DNA of 64,000 nt from Alphaproteobacteria bacterium (GTDB lineage Bacteria > Pseudomonadota > Alphaproteobacteria > SHVV01): NCBI GenBank assembly GCA_965261735.1, contig OZ253470.1, forward strand, positions 4,512,001-4,576,000, in the 5' to 3' direction. The position numbers and the translations under genes are program-made. How positions within the stretch are numbered: position 1 is the first letter of the stretch; each line of letters opens with the position of its first letter. Positions 1 to 10,318 of the stretch are shown here, in pieces. The notes beneath the pieces were generated by a model. That model had not been told where the DNA came from, did not search any database, and was given only the letters and a program-made list of their open reading frames with translations.

Positions 1-380
1 TCGCGTGCCAGCACGAAACTCGCCGTCAGGTGGATGTCCATCAGGCGCTGCCACATGTCGGTCGGATACTCCGTCACGGCCGAGTACTCGGCAGTCCCCG
101 CGTTGTTGACGAGCACGTCGAGGCGGCCGTGCTGGTCGATCACGCTCTTGACCCCGGCCACGCACGCCTCCGAGTCGGCGACGTCGAAGGCCAGCGCCGA
201 CGCTGCCAGGCCGGTAGCCGAAAGCTCGTTCGCCTTGGCCTCGACCGTCTGGCGCTGGCGGCCATTGAGGACGACGTGGGCGCCGTGCTCGGCCATCCCA
301 CGCGCCATGGCAAAACCGAGCCCGCGCGAGCCGCCGGTCATGAGCACGACTTTATCTTTCAGCGAAAAGAGATCGGCCAT
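1..380 (-). CDS. SDR family oxidoreductase (gluconate 5-dehydrogenase-like), runs off window edge
   Basis: Manual translation from ATG at 380: MADLFSLKDKVVLMTGGSRGLGFAMA...LDVLVNNAG; TGxxxGxG and NNAG SDR motifs. Confidence 0.85.
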   Translation of the reverse strand, partial: MADLFSLKDKVVLMTGGSRGLGFAMARGMAEHGAHVVLNGRQRQTVEAKANELSATGLAASALAFDVADSEACVAGVKSVIDQHGRLDVLVNNAGTAEYSAVTEYPTDMWQRLMDIHLTASFVLAR

Positions 381-448
381 GCGTGGCTTCCGGGCTCTGC
401 TGGTAAGGGTTCATGCAGGGGCGGCGCGGACTACGTGCGAAGGCTCTT

Positions 449-1315
449 CTACGGGGCCCGGTCTTCCCAGTTTGGGCCGAATCTGGGGAACACATGGTGG
501 TCGGGCGCATCGGGGAACGGATCGCCGTTGGCAATGCCGGGATCGACTGCGGGACCGAGGCTGAACGAGACGCCAGTGCGCACCGCGTAGGTCGACCCCT
601 CGCCGGCGAAGCGGACGCCCAAAGCGCGCCGGCGTTGGTCGGTAGCGTTGCCGGGGGCGCCGTGACAAATAAGCAGGTTCGAGACCAGGAAGTCGCCCGG
701 AAAGGTCTCGAAGCTGACGATGTCGTACTTGTCGCGATTGCCGGCGATGTCTGGCATCGCCTCGAGCGCCGGCTTGTCGCCGATATAACCGTAGCCCTCG
801 CGCTTCGTGCGCCCGTCGCCGACCGTATCGAAACGCTTGCCCCACTTGTGCGAACCGCGCACCCACTCCACCGCGCCACTTTCGGACGTCACATGATCGA
901 GCGAGAGCCACATGCCGCAGGAGTTGCCCTCGACCGGATTGCCCGGCGTGTCGTGGTGCCAGGTGGTCGGCGTCGGCGAGTGCGGCTCCTTGACCAGCAG
1001 GAAGTCGAAGATAAGGTTGACCACCTTCGAGCGTAGAATTTTCGCGGCTACTTCCGCCCTCGGCGATTCGTAGATGAAGGCTCTGAACTCGTCGCGGAAC
1101 AGCCACATGTTGTGGTCGAAGGCGTAGCGGCCGCCTTCGTCCGCTTCGTTCATGTCTTGGCCGAACTTTGTCGGATGATCGAGGATCTCGTCGGTCGCAC
1201 GCTGCATGCGGGCGACCCACTCCCCGTCCAGCACACCGCGCACGCAGACGACACCATCGTCCTCAAAGGTCCGAATCTCCTCTTCCGTGATCTCGCGCAG
1301 CGGTCGGCGGTTCAT
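449..1315 (-). CDS. Phytanoyl-CoA dioxygenase (PhyH) family Fe(II)/2-oxoglutarate dioxygenase
   Basis: FEDDGVVCVRGVL N-terminus, WHHD (HxD) motif, distal HGAPGN..RR. Confidence 0.85.
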   Translation of the reverse strand: MNRRPLREITEEEIRTFEDDGVVCVRGVLDGEWVARMQRATDEILDHPTKFGQDMNEADEGGRYAFDHNMWLFRDEFRAFIYESPRAEVAAKILRSKVVNLIFDFLLVKEPHSPTPTTWHHDTPGNPVEGNSCGMWLSLDHVTSESGAVEWVRGSHKWGKRFDTVGDGRTKREGYGYIGDKPALEAMPDIAGNRDKYDIVSFETFPGDFLVSNLLICHGAPGNATDQRRRALGVRFAGEGSTYAVRTGVSFSLGPAVDPGIANGDPFPDAPDHHVFPRFGPNWEDRAP

Positions 1316-1589
1316 GCTCGTCTCCCCGCGTGTCGTCGTGCGGCCGGTGTCACCGGCCTAGGCGCTACCCTTTTGGTCCACGATCATACGCGCAGGCGGC
1401 GCCCGGACCAAGCGATCCCTCCAAAAGAAAAACCGATCGACGCTGACGCCAACCTCGCCATGGCCTCAGCCAAGCTCGGCAGCGAGAACGGAAGCGGGGC
1501 GTCGAGGGCTTTGCTACAAACGGATTGGCGGATATTCTTCACCTCCATGGTGCCGTTCGTTGATAGCGCCGAATGGTTGAGCTGAAGGC

Positions 1590-2459
1590 ATGCAGATCCT
1601 GGCGAACGGGATATTGAACGGGTTGATCATCGCCCTCATGGCACTGGCGTTTCAGTTGGTGTACCTGCCGACTCGTGTATTTCATGTTGCGCTGGGCGGC
1701 ATCTACGTAGTGGCGCCCTATGTCGCCTGGATCTGCCTAAAGGGCGGTGTCCCGTGGTACGTATCGTTTGCCGCCTCGCTCGGCTTTTGCGCTTTGTTCG
1801 CGATCGCGATCGACGTTTTCAACCACGCGCCGCTCGCGCGCCGGCAAGCGGCCTTCATCTCGCATCTGATCGTCTCGCTCGGCGTCTACATCATCACCGT
1901 GCAGATCCTGGTCATCCTGTGGGGCAGCCACCCCAAGGCAATCAGGATTGCCAGGGATGAAGCGTTTTTCTTCGGTGAACTCATCTTCACTGCTACGCAA
2001 CTGTGGTCGGCGGCGGTTTCCGTCGTATTGCTCGGAGTCTTTTATCTGTGGCTGTCCTTCACCGACACAGGTTTGCAGTTCCGCGCGCTATCGGACAATC
2101 CGCACGAACTAGCCTTGCGCGGGTTCAACATTAGCAGGCTTAGGATGATCGCTTTCGGGATGTCGGGCGTGATTACTGCGGTCGGCGCGCTATTGGTGGC
2201 GCGCGAGATAGGCTTCCACCCCCACAACGGTCTCGACACGTTGCTGCTGGCCGTGGTTGCCGCGATCATCGGCGGCCGGGGCTCGTTCATCGGGCCGGTC
2301 ATTGGCGGTCTGCTGCTCGGCATCGTTCGCGCCGAGGTGATCTGGTACATTTCGGCAAGCTGGCAGGACGGGATAACTTTCGGGCTTCTCGCCCTGTTCC
2401 TGCTGCTCAGGCCGCAGGGCCTGGTCGTCAAACGCGCGCGCCTCGAGGCGGAAGCATGA
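1590..2459 (+). CDS. Branched-chain amino acid-type ABC permease (LivH-like)
   Basis: NGILNGLIIALMALAFQLVY start, GLQFRALSDN, AAIIGGRGS, LRPQGL. Confidence 0.88.
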   Translation: MQILANGILNGLIIALMALAFQLVYLPTRVFHVALGGIYVVAPYVAWICLKGGVPWYVSFAASLGFCALFAIAIDVFNHAPLARRQAAFISHLIVSLGVYIITVQILVILWGSHPKAIRIARDEAFFFGELIFTATQLWSAAVSVVLLGVFYLWLSFTDTGLQFRALSDNPHELALRGFNISRLRMIAFGMSGVITAVGALLVAREIGFHPHNGLDTLLLAVVAAIIGGRGSFIGPVIGGLLLGIVRAEVIWYISASWQDGITFGLLALFLLLRPQGLVVKRARLEAEA

Positions 2460-3358
2460 ACTACGCGCTTCACCTTCTGATCCTGTTCGACATCTACCTG
2501 ATCGTCGCGCTCAGCCTGAACATCATCGTCGGCTATTGCGGTCTGCTGACCCTATCGCACGCGGTATTTTTCGCCATCGGGACCTATGCCTACGCTATCT
2601 CGGTATTGGCCTGGGGTTGGGATTTCCTACCGGCCGCCGGCCTGGGCATCGGGCTGGCGGTGATCATGAGCTTCGCGTTGTCGCTCGCGGCGTGGCGGTT
2701 TCGCGGTGACTTCTTCGTGCTGATCTCGCTGTCGATCCAATTCGCGTTTTTCAGCGTCATCTACAACTGGTACTCGCGCGGTGACGAACCTGGCACGCTG
2801 GTTAACCTGACCAACGGTCCGTACGGGCTGCGCGGCATCCCCAAGCCGGAAATGTTCGGCTTCGAGTTCATCTCCATCGAATCGATTGCCGTCTTGTTCA
2901 CCGCCTTCGCGGCCTTGTCTCTGCTGTTCTGCCGCACGCTCCTGTCGTCGCCGTGGGGACGAATGCTTAAGGCGTTGCGCGACGACGAGTTAGCCGCGCG
3001 CGGTCTCGGAAAGTTTGTTCGCATCGCGAAGGTGCAGGCGATCGCCATCTCCTGCGCCATGGCCGCGTTCGGCGGCGTGCTCTACGCGTCCTACATCAGC
3101 TACATCGACCCGTCCACGGCATCGCTCGCCGATTCACTGCTGCTATTGACCATGATCATCGTCGGCGGCGTCGGCAATACGTTTCGCGGGCCTTTGGTCG
3201 GGGCTTTCGTTTTGCTCGCAATTCCCGAATCCCTGCGCTTCGCCGACCTTCCCGACGTGATGGCCGGCGAGTTGCGCCTATTGATTTACGGCCTGCTGCT
3301 GATCGCCATGATGCATTTCAGGCCGCAAGGGCTGGCCGGCGAATACCGCCTCGGCTGA
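2456..3358 (+). CDS. Branched-chain amino acid-type ABC permease (LivM-like)
   Basis: ALSLNIIVGYCGLLTLSHAVFFAIG, SPWGRMLKALRDDE, FRPQGL; ATGA overlap with upstream gene. Confidence 0.88.
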   Translation: MNYALHLLILFDIYLIVALSLNIIVGYCGLLTLSHAVFFAIGTYAYAISVLAWGWDFLPAAGLGIGLAVIMSFALSLAAWRFRGDFFVLISLSIQFAFFSVIYNWYSRGDEPGTLVNLTNGPYGLRGIPKPEMFGFEFISIESIAVLFTAFAALSLLFCRTLLSSPWGRMLKALRDDELAARGLGKFVRIAKVQAIAISCAMAAFGGVLYASYISYIDPSTASLADSLLLLTMIIVGGVGNTFRGPLVGAFVLLAIPESLRFADLPDVMAGELRLLIYGLLLIAMMHFRPQGLAGEYRLG

Positions 3359-3456
3359 TTGGCGCGCGGGTTTCGACTCGACGATCAAAATCAATCGCGA
3401 CTACGATAGCTTGAATCGCGAACAAATTTCGCTACACCGCGATATCGGAGGAAAAC

Positions 3457-4587
3457 ATGCTGGATCACAGGAAAACGTTACGGGGCGCAACGCTCGCCGC
3501 AGTGGCGGCGCTGCTTGTCGCTGCAACGCTGGTTGCGACGAGTTCGTTGGTTCAAGCCGCCGACAAGGTGCGCATTGCCGTCAACGGCCCGTTGACGGGA
3601 CCGATTTCCCTTGTTTTCAACGATTACACCAAGGGCCTGCAGATGGGGCTCGACGACGCGGCGAAAGAGCTTGGCGTATCGCGCGATATCTTTGAGCTCG
3701 ATTTGCAGGATAATGCCGGCAATCCGAGGGATGCGATCTCGGCGGCGAAGAAGCACCTGCTCGGCAAGGTTGATGTCTATCTCTCCGGCTACTCGGCTAT
3801 CTCAAAAGCGATCGCGCCGGAAATCGACAAAGCCGGGATCCCCCACTTCATGGTCGCGTTCGACGCGTTTCTAGCGGGCGAGGATCCGAACCGGCTGAGG
3901 ATCTTCCCCCATTACAAGCTCGAAGGGCCGGTCTATGTGGACTACATCAAGCAGCACGGGGCCAAAAAGGTTGCCATCCTTGCCTTGAACTTCGCGGCCA
4001 TCGACGAGGAATTCGCCATGTTAGTCGAGCCGGCGTTCAAAGGCACCGACGTGAAATTCATGCGCGAGATGTATGATTTCAACATCAAGGACTACAACAC
4101 GCTGGTCCTCAAGGCGGCCAAGTTCAAGCCCGACCTCACGATCATCAATGGATTCGCCCTCCACGTGTATCCGTTGCTCAAGGCGGTGCGGACCTACGTG
4201 AGGACCGGCTCGGTTTTGGCGACGATGTCTTTCATCACCATATTGTACGAGGACAAGCCCACCGAGGAGCTCGCGGGCACCATTTTTACGGCGCCGCACT
4301 ACACATTGCCTGGCGTGACGAAAGGAGCCGATGCGTGGAACAAGGCCTATAAAGCCCGTTTCAATACCACGCCGCACTATGTCCCGGCCTATGCCTACGA
4401 CACGGCACGAATGATCGTCGCGGCCTACAAGAAGTCGGGCAAGGTCACCACCCAAACTCTGCGCGGCGTGACGCCCTTCGCGGGTCTCGTCGGTTCGATA
4501 GAGTTGGATGCCGACGGCGACATCATTGGCTCACTCGGAATCGGTCAGGTCAATCCGGACCGCAGTGTCAAAGTTTTGCGGAAGTAA
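3457..4587 (+). CDS. ABC substrate-binding protein (LivJ/K-like)
   Basis: Signal peptide, VRIAVNGPLTGP, DNAGNP, AYAYD motifs; GGAGG RBS. Confidence 0.85.
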   Translation: MLDHRKTLRGATLAAVAALLVAATLVATSSLVQAADKVRIAVNGPLTGPISLVFNDYTKGLQMGLDDAAKELGVSRDIFELDLQDNAGNPRDAISAAKKHLLGKVDVYLSGYSAISKAIAPEIDKAGIPHFMVAFDAFLAGEDPNRLRIFPHYKLEGPVYVDYIKQHGAKKVAILALNFAAIDEEFAMLVEPAFKGTDVKFMREMYDFNIKDYNTLVLKAAKFKPDLTIINGFALHVYPLLKAVRTYVRTGSVLATMSFITILYEDKPTEELAGTIFTAPHYTLPGVTKGADAWNKAYKARFNTTPHYVPAYAYDTARMIVAAYKKSGKVTTQTLRGVTPFAGLVGSIELDADGDIIGSLGIGQVNPDRSVKVLRK

Positions 4588-4687
4588 TCGCTCGGAGTCG
4601 AGGTCCGGTGAGTGGTCGACGTTCGCCAACACATCGGATAGGAGCGGCCGCGCATATGCGCGGCCGCCAACAGAAGGCATCCGATCG

Positions 4688-4816
4688 ATGGCACTAAAAT
4701 ATGTTGCCTCAGGCGATTCGCACATTATCGAGCCATACGATCTATGGACCAAGGCGCTTGGCGACAAGCACGACCCGGAAAAACTCCCGTACCGTTTCCA
4801 GGGTGCGGCTGATTAG
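4688..4816 (+). pseudogene. N-terminal remnant of an amidohydrolase-family gene
   Basis: MALKYVASGDSHIIEPYDLWTKAL resembles the amidohydrolase_2 N-terminal 'SADSH..EP.DLW' motif; ends after ~42 codons. Confidence 0.55.
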
Positions 4817-4905
4817 GAAGCCGCTGCAGCACTGGCGAAAGGCGGGGAGTGCCGGGTGCCACGCTTATTTTTCGCGTGCCGGAGTTGTCGGCCCGGGCAG
4901 GCGGC

Positions 4906-6450
4906 CTATGACTGCGACGCCGCCGGCACGAGGATCAACGTGGCTCCCGATTTGTTGGCCGCGATCTCGTCCTGCAGCTTGGGGATCGACGCGGCGTCCA
5001 GCATGCCGAACGGCTCGTCGAGAATGACGATCGAGCCGTTCAACTTGGACAACGAGCAGGCCGCCGCGACCTTCTGGCGTTCGCCGCCGCTCAGATCCGA
5101 GATGCGCCGGCCGAGAAACGGGCGCACGTTCTCTGGCGCCTGATCGATGCCCGCGAGCTTGAGCGATTCATCGACGGACAGATTGGGAAACGCGTTGTCA
5201 CGGCTTTGCATCACCGCCAAACCATGGCCGACGCGCGACCAAGTCGGCAGCTTGTGGACCGCTTTCCCGTAGAGGCTCATCTCGCCGCCGGCAATGGGAA
5301 TGATGCCGGAAAGCGCTTCCAGGAAGGTTGTTTTGCCCCACCCGTTGGGCGCCTGCAGGACCGCCAGGCAGCCACGCGGCACGCTGAAGGACAATCCTTC
5401 GACTTTATCCTCGGCGCTGGTTCGGCCGATCACCCGGCGCCGTCCGCGGCGCACGATGAGGTCCTTGACCTCAAGCCCCGGCTGGCCGGCAAACCCGGGA
5501 TCGAGTCGGATCTGGGACAGCAGCCCGCCGCCGGGCAGGTCCTCGTCGACGATGGCGTCGGCTGAACCGGCGAGTTCGGTCAACCACGGCCGCAGCGCGC
5601 CGCCTTCGTCGTGGAAGGACTCCTTGCGGATGGCGGCCGGCGTTTCCACCCGAATGGCGCCGTTGTCGATCGTCCAGACCGTTGTCGCCAGGTCCAGCAC
5701 CTTGGGAATGTTGAATATGTGCTCGACGATGACGAGAGTCACGGCGTGCTGCTTCACGAGATCGCTCAGCAACCCCATGATGTCGCGGATGCCGTTGGCG
5801 TCGAGCGCGGCCAGCGGCTCGTCGAGAAACAGGATGCGCGCGCCGGCCTGGACGGTCCGCGCGATAGCGACGCGTTTCGATTGGCCGAGCGAGACCATGT
5901 CGGCCGACGAGGTTTCGCGCCCGTCGAGCCCGAAGCGGACCAGCAGTCCATCGGCTTGCTTGCCCCACACGGCCTCTTCCTGGCGGATGGCCGATCGGCG
6001 GAAGAACACCGCAACCGGGTTTTCGCCGGTCTGGTTCTTCATCGCCAGAACCACGTTGTCGCGAAGCGAATGCGTCGGAAACAGGCGAACGTACTGCCAG
6101 GTGCGGCCTATTCCCTGGTGGGCGATTCGTTCGGGCGTGAAATGATCGACCGGTAGGAGATCGCGCCACCACGGCCGGGGAAAATCGAAGTCTTTCTTGT
6201 CGAGCACATCGTCCGTGGCAATTTCGATACTGCCTTCGTCGGGCTCGATGTTGCCGGTGAGAATATTGAGGAGCGTGGTCTTACCCGAACCGTTCGGGCC
6301 CCGCAGCAGCACGACCTCCCCGCGGCGCAACTCGAACTCTGCCTCGTCGAGGATGACCTGCCCGCCGAAGCGCTTGTGGAGACCGCGTGCCCGCATGATC
6401 GCCGGCGCATCGCCTGCCAGGGCGGTCGGTTTGGCGTGTGGCTCGCTCAC
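4906..6450 (-). CDS. Fused double-domain ABC ATP-binding protein (LivG+LivF-like)
   Basis: GPNGSGKT, SLGQ, FLDEP, EH in domain 1; APNGWGKT, LSGGE, ILDEP in domain 2; GTG at 6450 with GGAG RBS (the ORF-track extension to 6855 is unlikely to be coding). Confidence 0.8.
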   Translation of the reverse strand: MSEPHAKPTALAGDAPAIMRARGLHKRFGGQVILDEAEFELRRGEVVLLRGPNGSGKTTLLNILTGNIEPDEGSIEIATDDVLDKKDFDFPRPWWRDLLPVDHFTPERIAHQGIGRTWQYVRLFPTHSLRDNVVLAMKNQTGENPVAVFFRRSAIRQEEAVWGKQADGLLVRFGLDGRETSSADMVSLGQSKRVAIARTVQAGARILFLDEPLAALDANGIRDIMGLLSDLVKQHAVTLVIVEHIFNIPKVLDLATTVWTIDNGAIRVETPAAIRKESFHDEGGALRPWLTELAGSADAIVDEDLPGGGLLSQIRLDPGFAGQPGLEVKDLIVRRGRRRVIGRTSAEDKVEGLSFSVPRGCLAVLQAPNGWGKTTFLEALSGIIPIAGGEMSLYGKAVHKLPTWSRVGHGLAVMQSRDNAFPNLSVDESLKLAGIDQAPENVRPFLGRRISDLSGGERQKVAAACSLSKLNGSIVILDEPFGMLDAASIPKLQDEIAANKSGATLILVPAASQS

Positions 6451-6707
6451 GGGCCTACTCCAAGCGACACTGGTATCACAGTAAGGACCGGAGAGCTGAT
6501 CAAGGTTCTGGATGACGGAGTCAACTGCCCAGCTTGCAGAGCTGCGGCTAGCGTGACATCGCCAAAAACAGCGAGCAGGATAGCCGCGACGTACAACTCT
6601 CTCGGGCGCATTGTTCAAGCCTGCGCCAACTCTAGCCGTGCTGCAAGGACGAGAGCACAGCGCCCGACGTCGAGTCTCACGGGCCCGAATATGGGATTCG
6701 ACACGGC

Positions 6708-6840
6708 ACGTCCGGTCAACCTTCAAGTGCTGACTCTCTAATGCCGACTTCCGCTTTCGTGGCGTTTCCTTCCGCTTCACCCACAGATCCAGACGTGCCG
6801 GGCGCCCTCGGTGCGAGGCAGCTGTGACCCAACGCCGACG
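6708..6840 (+). repeat. Copy A of ~180-bp multi-palindrome repeat element (modules 2-5; module 1 degenerate)
   Basis: Aligns by eye with the reverse complement of 35861-35994, about 16 differences in ~135 bp. Confidence 0.85.
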
Positions 6841-6878
6841 TCGGAGAAGGCACAAGACTTAGAGACTTGTGCGGTGGC

Positions 6879-9203
6879 TCATGAGGCCTTGGGACCGACC
6901 ATACGAGGTGGCGAGAAAACGCTAATCGGGGGCGCTTTGCCGTCGTACTTTTCGATTTGCACCAGCGCCGTCAGCGCGCTTGGGCCCTGCGCGAGTTTTG
7001 AAGTCCCCTTGTCTAGGGTGAGAACGTTGGCGTTGCCGTGGCGCTCAAGACTACCCATCGTGCCGGGTTCGACGGGGTCATACCAGGCTCCGTTGGAAAG
7101 TTGGACGACGCCGGGGCGCATGGCCTCCGTCACCACAGCGCCCGCGAGACAGGCGCCTCGATCGTTGAAGACACGCACGATATCACCGTCATTGATGTGG
7201 CGCGGCTTGGCATCGGCGGGGTTGATCCATATCGGCTCCCGCTGCCTGACCTTATGGCTTCGACTTACTGATCCGTCATCCATCTGGCTATGTAGCCGTT
7301 GCGTGGGTTGGCTTGAAAGGATGTGCAGCGGCCACCGCCGGGCAGACTCTCCACCCAGCCATTCCGCGGGTTCCAACCAGGCGGCATGGGGCGGGCAGTC
7401 GTCATATCCGAAAGCTGCAATCGTTTCCGAATAAATCTCTATTTTGCCCGACGGCGTGTTGAGAGGGTGAGCGTCTGGGTCGGCGCGGAAATCTGCCAGC
7501 ATCACGTAATCGTCCTCTGGCTCCGGTATCTCCACATGGCCTCGCTCCCAAAAGGCTTCAAATTCGACGAGTTCCACCTTGTGTTGGGCGGCCCCCTGCC
7601 GCGCCACGTCATAGAGATGCCTGAGCCACTCCATTTCGCCGCGCCCTTCGGTGAAGTCCTGGCGGAAACCCAGCCGTCCGGCGAGGTCGGCGAATATGTC
7701 GTAATCGTTGCGGGCCTGGCCAACGGGCTCGATCGCCTGCTGCATCGCGAAGAAGAAGCGATCGAACGGGGAGGCCCCGATATCGTTGCGCTCGAGGGTC
7801 GTCGTGGTCGGCAGAACGATATCAGCGTGGCGCGCCGTGGACGTCCACCACGGTTCGTGGACAATGATCGTTTTCGGCCGCCGCCATCCCCGCAGGAGCC
7901 GATTGAGATCCTGCTGATGATGGAACGGGTTGCCACCGGCCCAGTAGATGAGCTGGATGTCGGGGAACGTAAGCTTCATCCCGTTGAAATCGATCACCTC
8001 ACCTGGGTTGAGCAACATGTCGGTAATTCGGGCGACCGGGATGAAGCCGTCGATCGGGTTCTTACCGGCCGAAATAAGCCCTGGGACGCTGACGCGCCGG
8101 CGTGGGTTCCCTACTCCGTTCATCGAGCCGTAGCCGAAACCGAAACCGCCGCCCGGAAGACCGATTTGACCCAGCATGCTGGCTAGGACCGTGGTCATCC
8201 AGCAGACCTGCTCCCCGTGATCGGCCCGCTGCAACGACCAAGCAGTCATGATCATCGTGCGGCATCCCGCCATGCGGCGGGCCAGTGTGCGGATCTCGTC
8301 GACCTCGACGTCCGCAACTCCTGCCGCCCAAGCAGCGTCTTTGGGCTGCCCGTCCTTTTCTCCCAGGAGGTAGGACCTGAACCTATCGAAACCGACGCAA
8401 TAGCGGTCGAGGAAGGCCTGATCGTGGAGATTCTCCGTAACCAGCGTGTGGGCAAGCCCCAGCATCAGTGCGACATCCGTGGTGGGCCGTGGACTGATCC
8501 ACTGGGCATCCAGAAAATCCGGGGCATCGTCGTGAATCGGGCTGATATTGACGAACGCGACACCGGCCTCCTTGGCCCGACGCAGCCATTTCTCATAGGA
8601 CCTGTCGCCGGCCCCGCCGAACGTTACGCGCCCGTGCCTAAGGGCTGCGCCCCCGAACATGACCGCGAGCTTCGTGTGTTTGACGATGCTGGGCCAGGAG
8701 GTGAGGGCGCCAGCCACCGACTCGACGCTGCCTACTACGTGCGGCATGATCACCAGGGCGGCGCCGAAGCTGTAGTTCGTCACGTGGTCTGTGAAGCCGC
8801 CAAAGCCGTTGAGGAAACGGTGCAACAGGGTAGGCGCGTGATGCAGCCGGCCGGCGCTTGCCCAGCCAGAGGAACCGCCAAAGATCGCGGCGTTGCCGTG
8901 CTCTCTTTTGATCCGGGTGAGTTCGCGCGTAATGAGGCCGAGCGCTTCATCCCACGAAACATTGACGAAGGGCTCCGCGCCACGGCCCGACCCGCTACCT
9001 TGCGGCCCGCGTTCAAGATATCCGGCGCGCACCGCCGGTTGCTTCACCCGACTTTCGGCGTAGACGGCGCTAGGAACCGCGTCGATGAGCTCGTTCGGGA
9101 CGGGGTCTCCTTCAAAACGCTCGACCGAGACCAATCGGCCGTCCTCTACCTTCGCGGTGTAAGCCCCCCAATGGGCATGAGTGTGTCGAAAAGACGTACC
9201 CAT
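6879..9203 (-). CDS. Molybdopterin oxidoreductase, DMSO/TMAO/biotin-sulfoxide reductase (BisC-like) family, cytoplasmic
   Basis: AHWGAY, FVNVSWDEA, GWASAGRLHHA, NYSFGAA (Ser ligand), WAGGNPFHH, RLHSQ, GAWYDP; no Tat leader. Confidence 0.9.
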   Translation of the reverse strand: MGTSFRHTHAHWGAYTAKVEDGRLVSVERFEGDPVPNELIDAVPSAVYAESRVKQPAVRAGYLERGPQGSGSGRGAEPFVNVSWDEALGLITRELTRIKREHGNAAIFGGSSGWASAGRLHHAPTLLHRFLNGFGGFTDHVTNYSFGAALVIMPHVVGSVESVAGALTSWPSIVKHTKLAVMFGGAALRHGRVTFGGAGDRSYEKWLRRAKEAGVAFVNISPIHDDAPDFLDAQWISPRPTTDVALMLGLAHTLVTENLHDQAFLDRYCVGFDRFRSYLLGEKDGQPKDAAWAAGVADVEVDEIRTLARRMAGCRTMIMTAWSLQRADHGEQVCWMTTVLASMLGQIGLPGGGFGFGYGSMNGVGNPRRRVSVPGLISAGKNPIDGFIPVARITDMLLNPGEVIDFNGMKLTFPDIQLIYWAGGNPFHHQQDLNRLLRGWRRPKTIIVHEPWWTSTARHADIVLPTTTTLERNDIGASPFDRFFFAMQQAIEPVGQARNDYDIFADLAGRLGFRQDFTEGRGEMEWLRHLYDVARQGAAQHKVELVEFEAFWERGHVEIPEPEDDYVMLADFRADPDAHPLNTPSGKIEIYSETIAAFGYDDCPPHAAWLEPAEWLGGESARRWPLHILSSQPTQRLHSQMDDGSVSRSHKVRQREPIWINPADAKPRHINDGDIVRVFNDRGACLAGAVVTEAMRPGVVQLSNGAWYDPVEPGTMGSLERHGNANVLTLDKGTSKLAQGPSALTALVQIEKYDGKAPPISVFSPPRMVGPKAS

Positions 9204-9310
9204 ATCGGCACCTCGGTCTGGCGGTCGCACTAACCCGACACGTCCCAAATAGACCGATCGGCTGCGGGGGACGGCGTTACGCGGCGCGGGCGGCTCGTGT
9301 CTTTGGGACC

Positions 9311-10318
9311 TTAGTAGGCGCCCAGTTCCTTGATGATCGGCTCAATGATAGAGGCGTCGAGTATCTGTTCACGGGAAATGGCTTTCTTGATCACCCCGTA
9401 TTCGAGGTACGTTGCTGCCGTGAAATCGGTGATCTCGATGGGAATGCCGCCATTTACTCCCCAAACCCCATACGCACTGAGCTCACGAACGACCTTCTTG
9501 ATGAGGTCGAGCGAGATGTCGGGCGTGCGTTTGTGCATCGCCGCCGCCGCTTCGTCCGGATGTTCGATCGTGTAACGTGCACCCATGATCGAGCCCTTCA
9601 TGAACTTGCTTAAGGCTTCGCGCTTGGCGGGATCGTCCAAATCCTTCCCCTTGATCACGAGATAGTTGTAGCCCAGCTTGCCGAGTTCCTTGGTTACGGG
9701 CGTGATTAAGTTGATGTGGTCGCCGGCCTTGGTGGCAGTCAGGGTGTTGACCATCGAGTAGTCCACCTTGCCCGCAATCACCGCCGCCAGCCGGTCGGCA
9801 TGCCCGCCGATCGACACGTGTGTGATCTTGGAGTTCAGGCCATGCTTTTTCAAGATCATGGACGCCATGTGGTTGAGCATGCCGGGGCCGCCGGCACCGG
9901 CAAAATTCTTTCCGACCAAATCCTCGAGCTTGGTGTTTTTGCCCGCCGCGATGACCTGATAGTCCTGTCGCGGCTGCCACGAACCGACGGCCTTGACACC
10001 GCTACCGGCGAGGATGCTGAGCATCGTCGTCGACGGGCCGATGGTGGAGATATCGGCTTCGCCTGCAACCAACGCGCGCAGGGCGTTGCCACTACCGATC
10101 ATGCGAAGGATCTCGATCTCGAGGTCCAAATCCTTGAACCAGCCCTTGTCCTCGGCGATGTAGAAGGGAACGCCGTAGGTGGTATCCGCGGTCGGAAAGA
10201 TGACCTTGATCTTGGACTTGCCCGCAGCCGCCGGGCTCACATCGGCGAGCATGCCCGCCGCCGCGAAAACTGCCCCGACGATCAGCGCGCGGCGGGACGT
10301 CCTCAGCAACTTGTTCAT
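9311..10318 (-). CDS. ABC substrate-binding protein, NMT1/TauA/SsuA-like
   Basis: Possible Tat leader (SRRALI), PFYIAEDKGWF, HPDEAA; no cognate permease adjacent. Confidence 0.8.
   Translation of the reverse strand: MNKLLRTSRRALIVGAVFAAAGMLADVSPAAAGKSKIKVIFPTADTTYGVPFYIAEDKGWFKDLDLEIEILRMIGSGNALRALVAGEADISTIGPSTTMLSILAGSGVKAVGSWQPRQDYQVIAAGKNTKLEDLVGKNFAGAGGPGMLNHMASMILKKHGLNSKITHVSIGGHADRLAAVIAGKVDYSMVNTLTATKAGDHINLITPVTKELGKLGYNYLVIKGKDLDDPAKREALSKFMKGSIMGARYTIEHPDEAAAAMHKRTPDISLDLIKKVVRELSAYGVWGVNGGIPIEITDFTAATYLEYGVIKKAISREQILDASIIEPIIKELGAY

Noticed and set aside
6879-9203. Molybdoenzyme as the selenoprotein client of SelAB
   Set aside because: No in-frame TGA; the ligand position is Ser (NYSFGAA).
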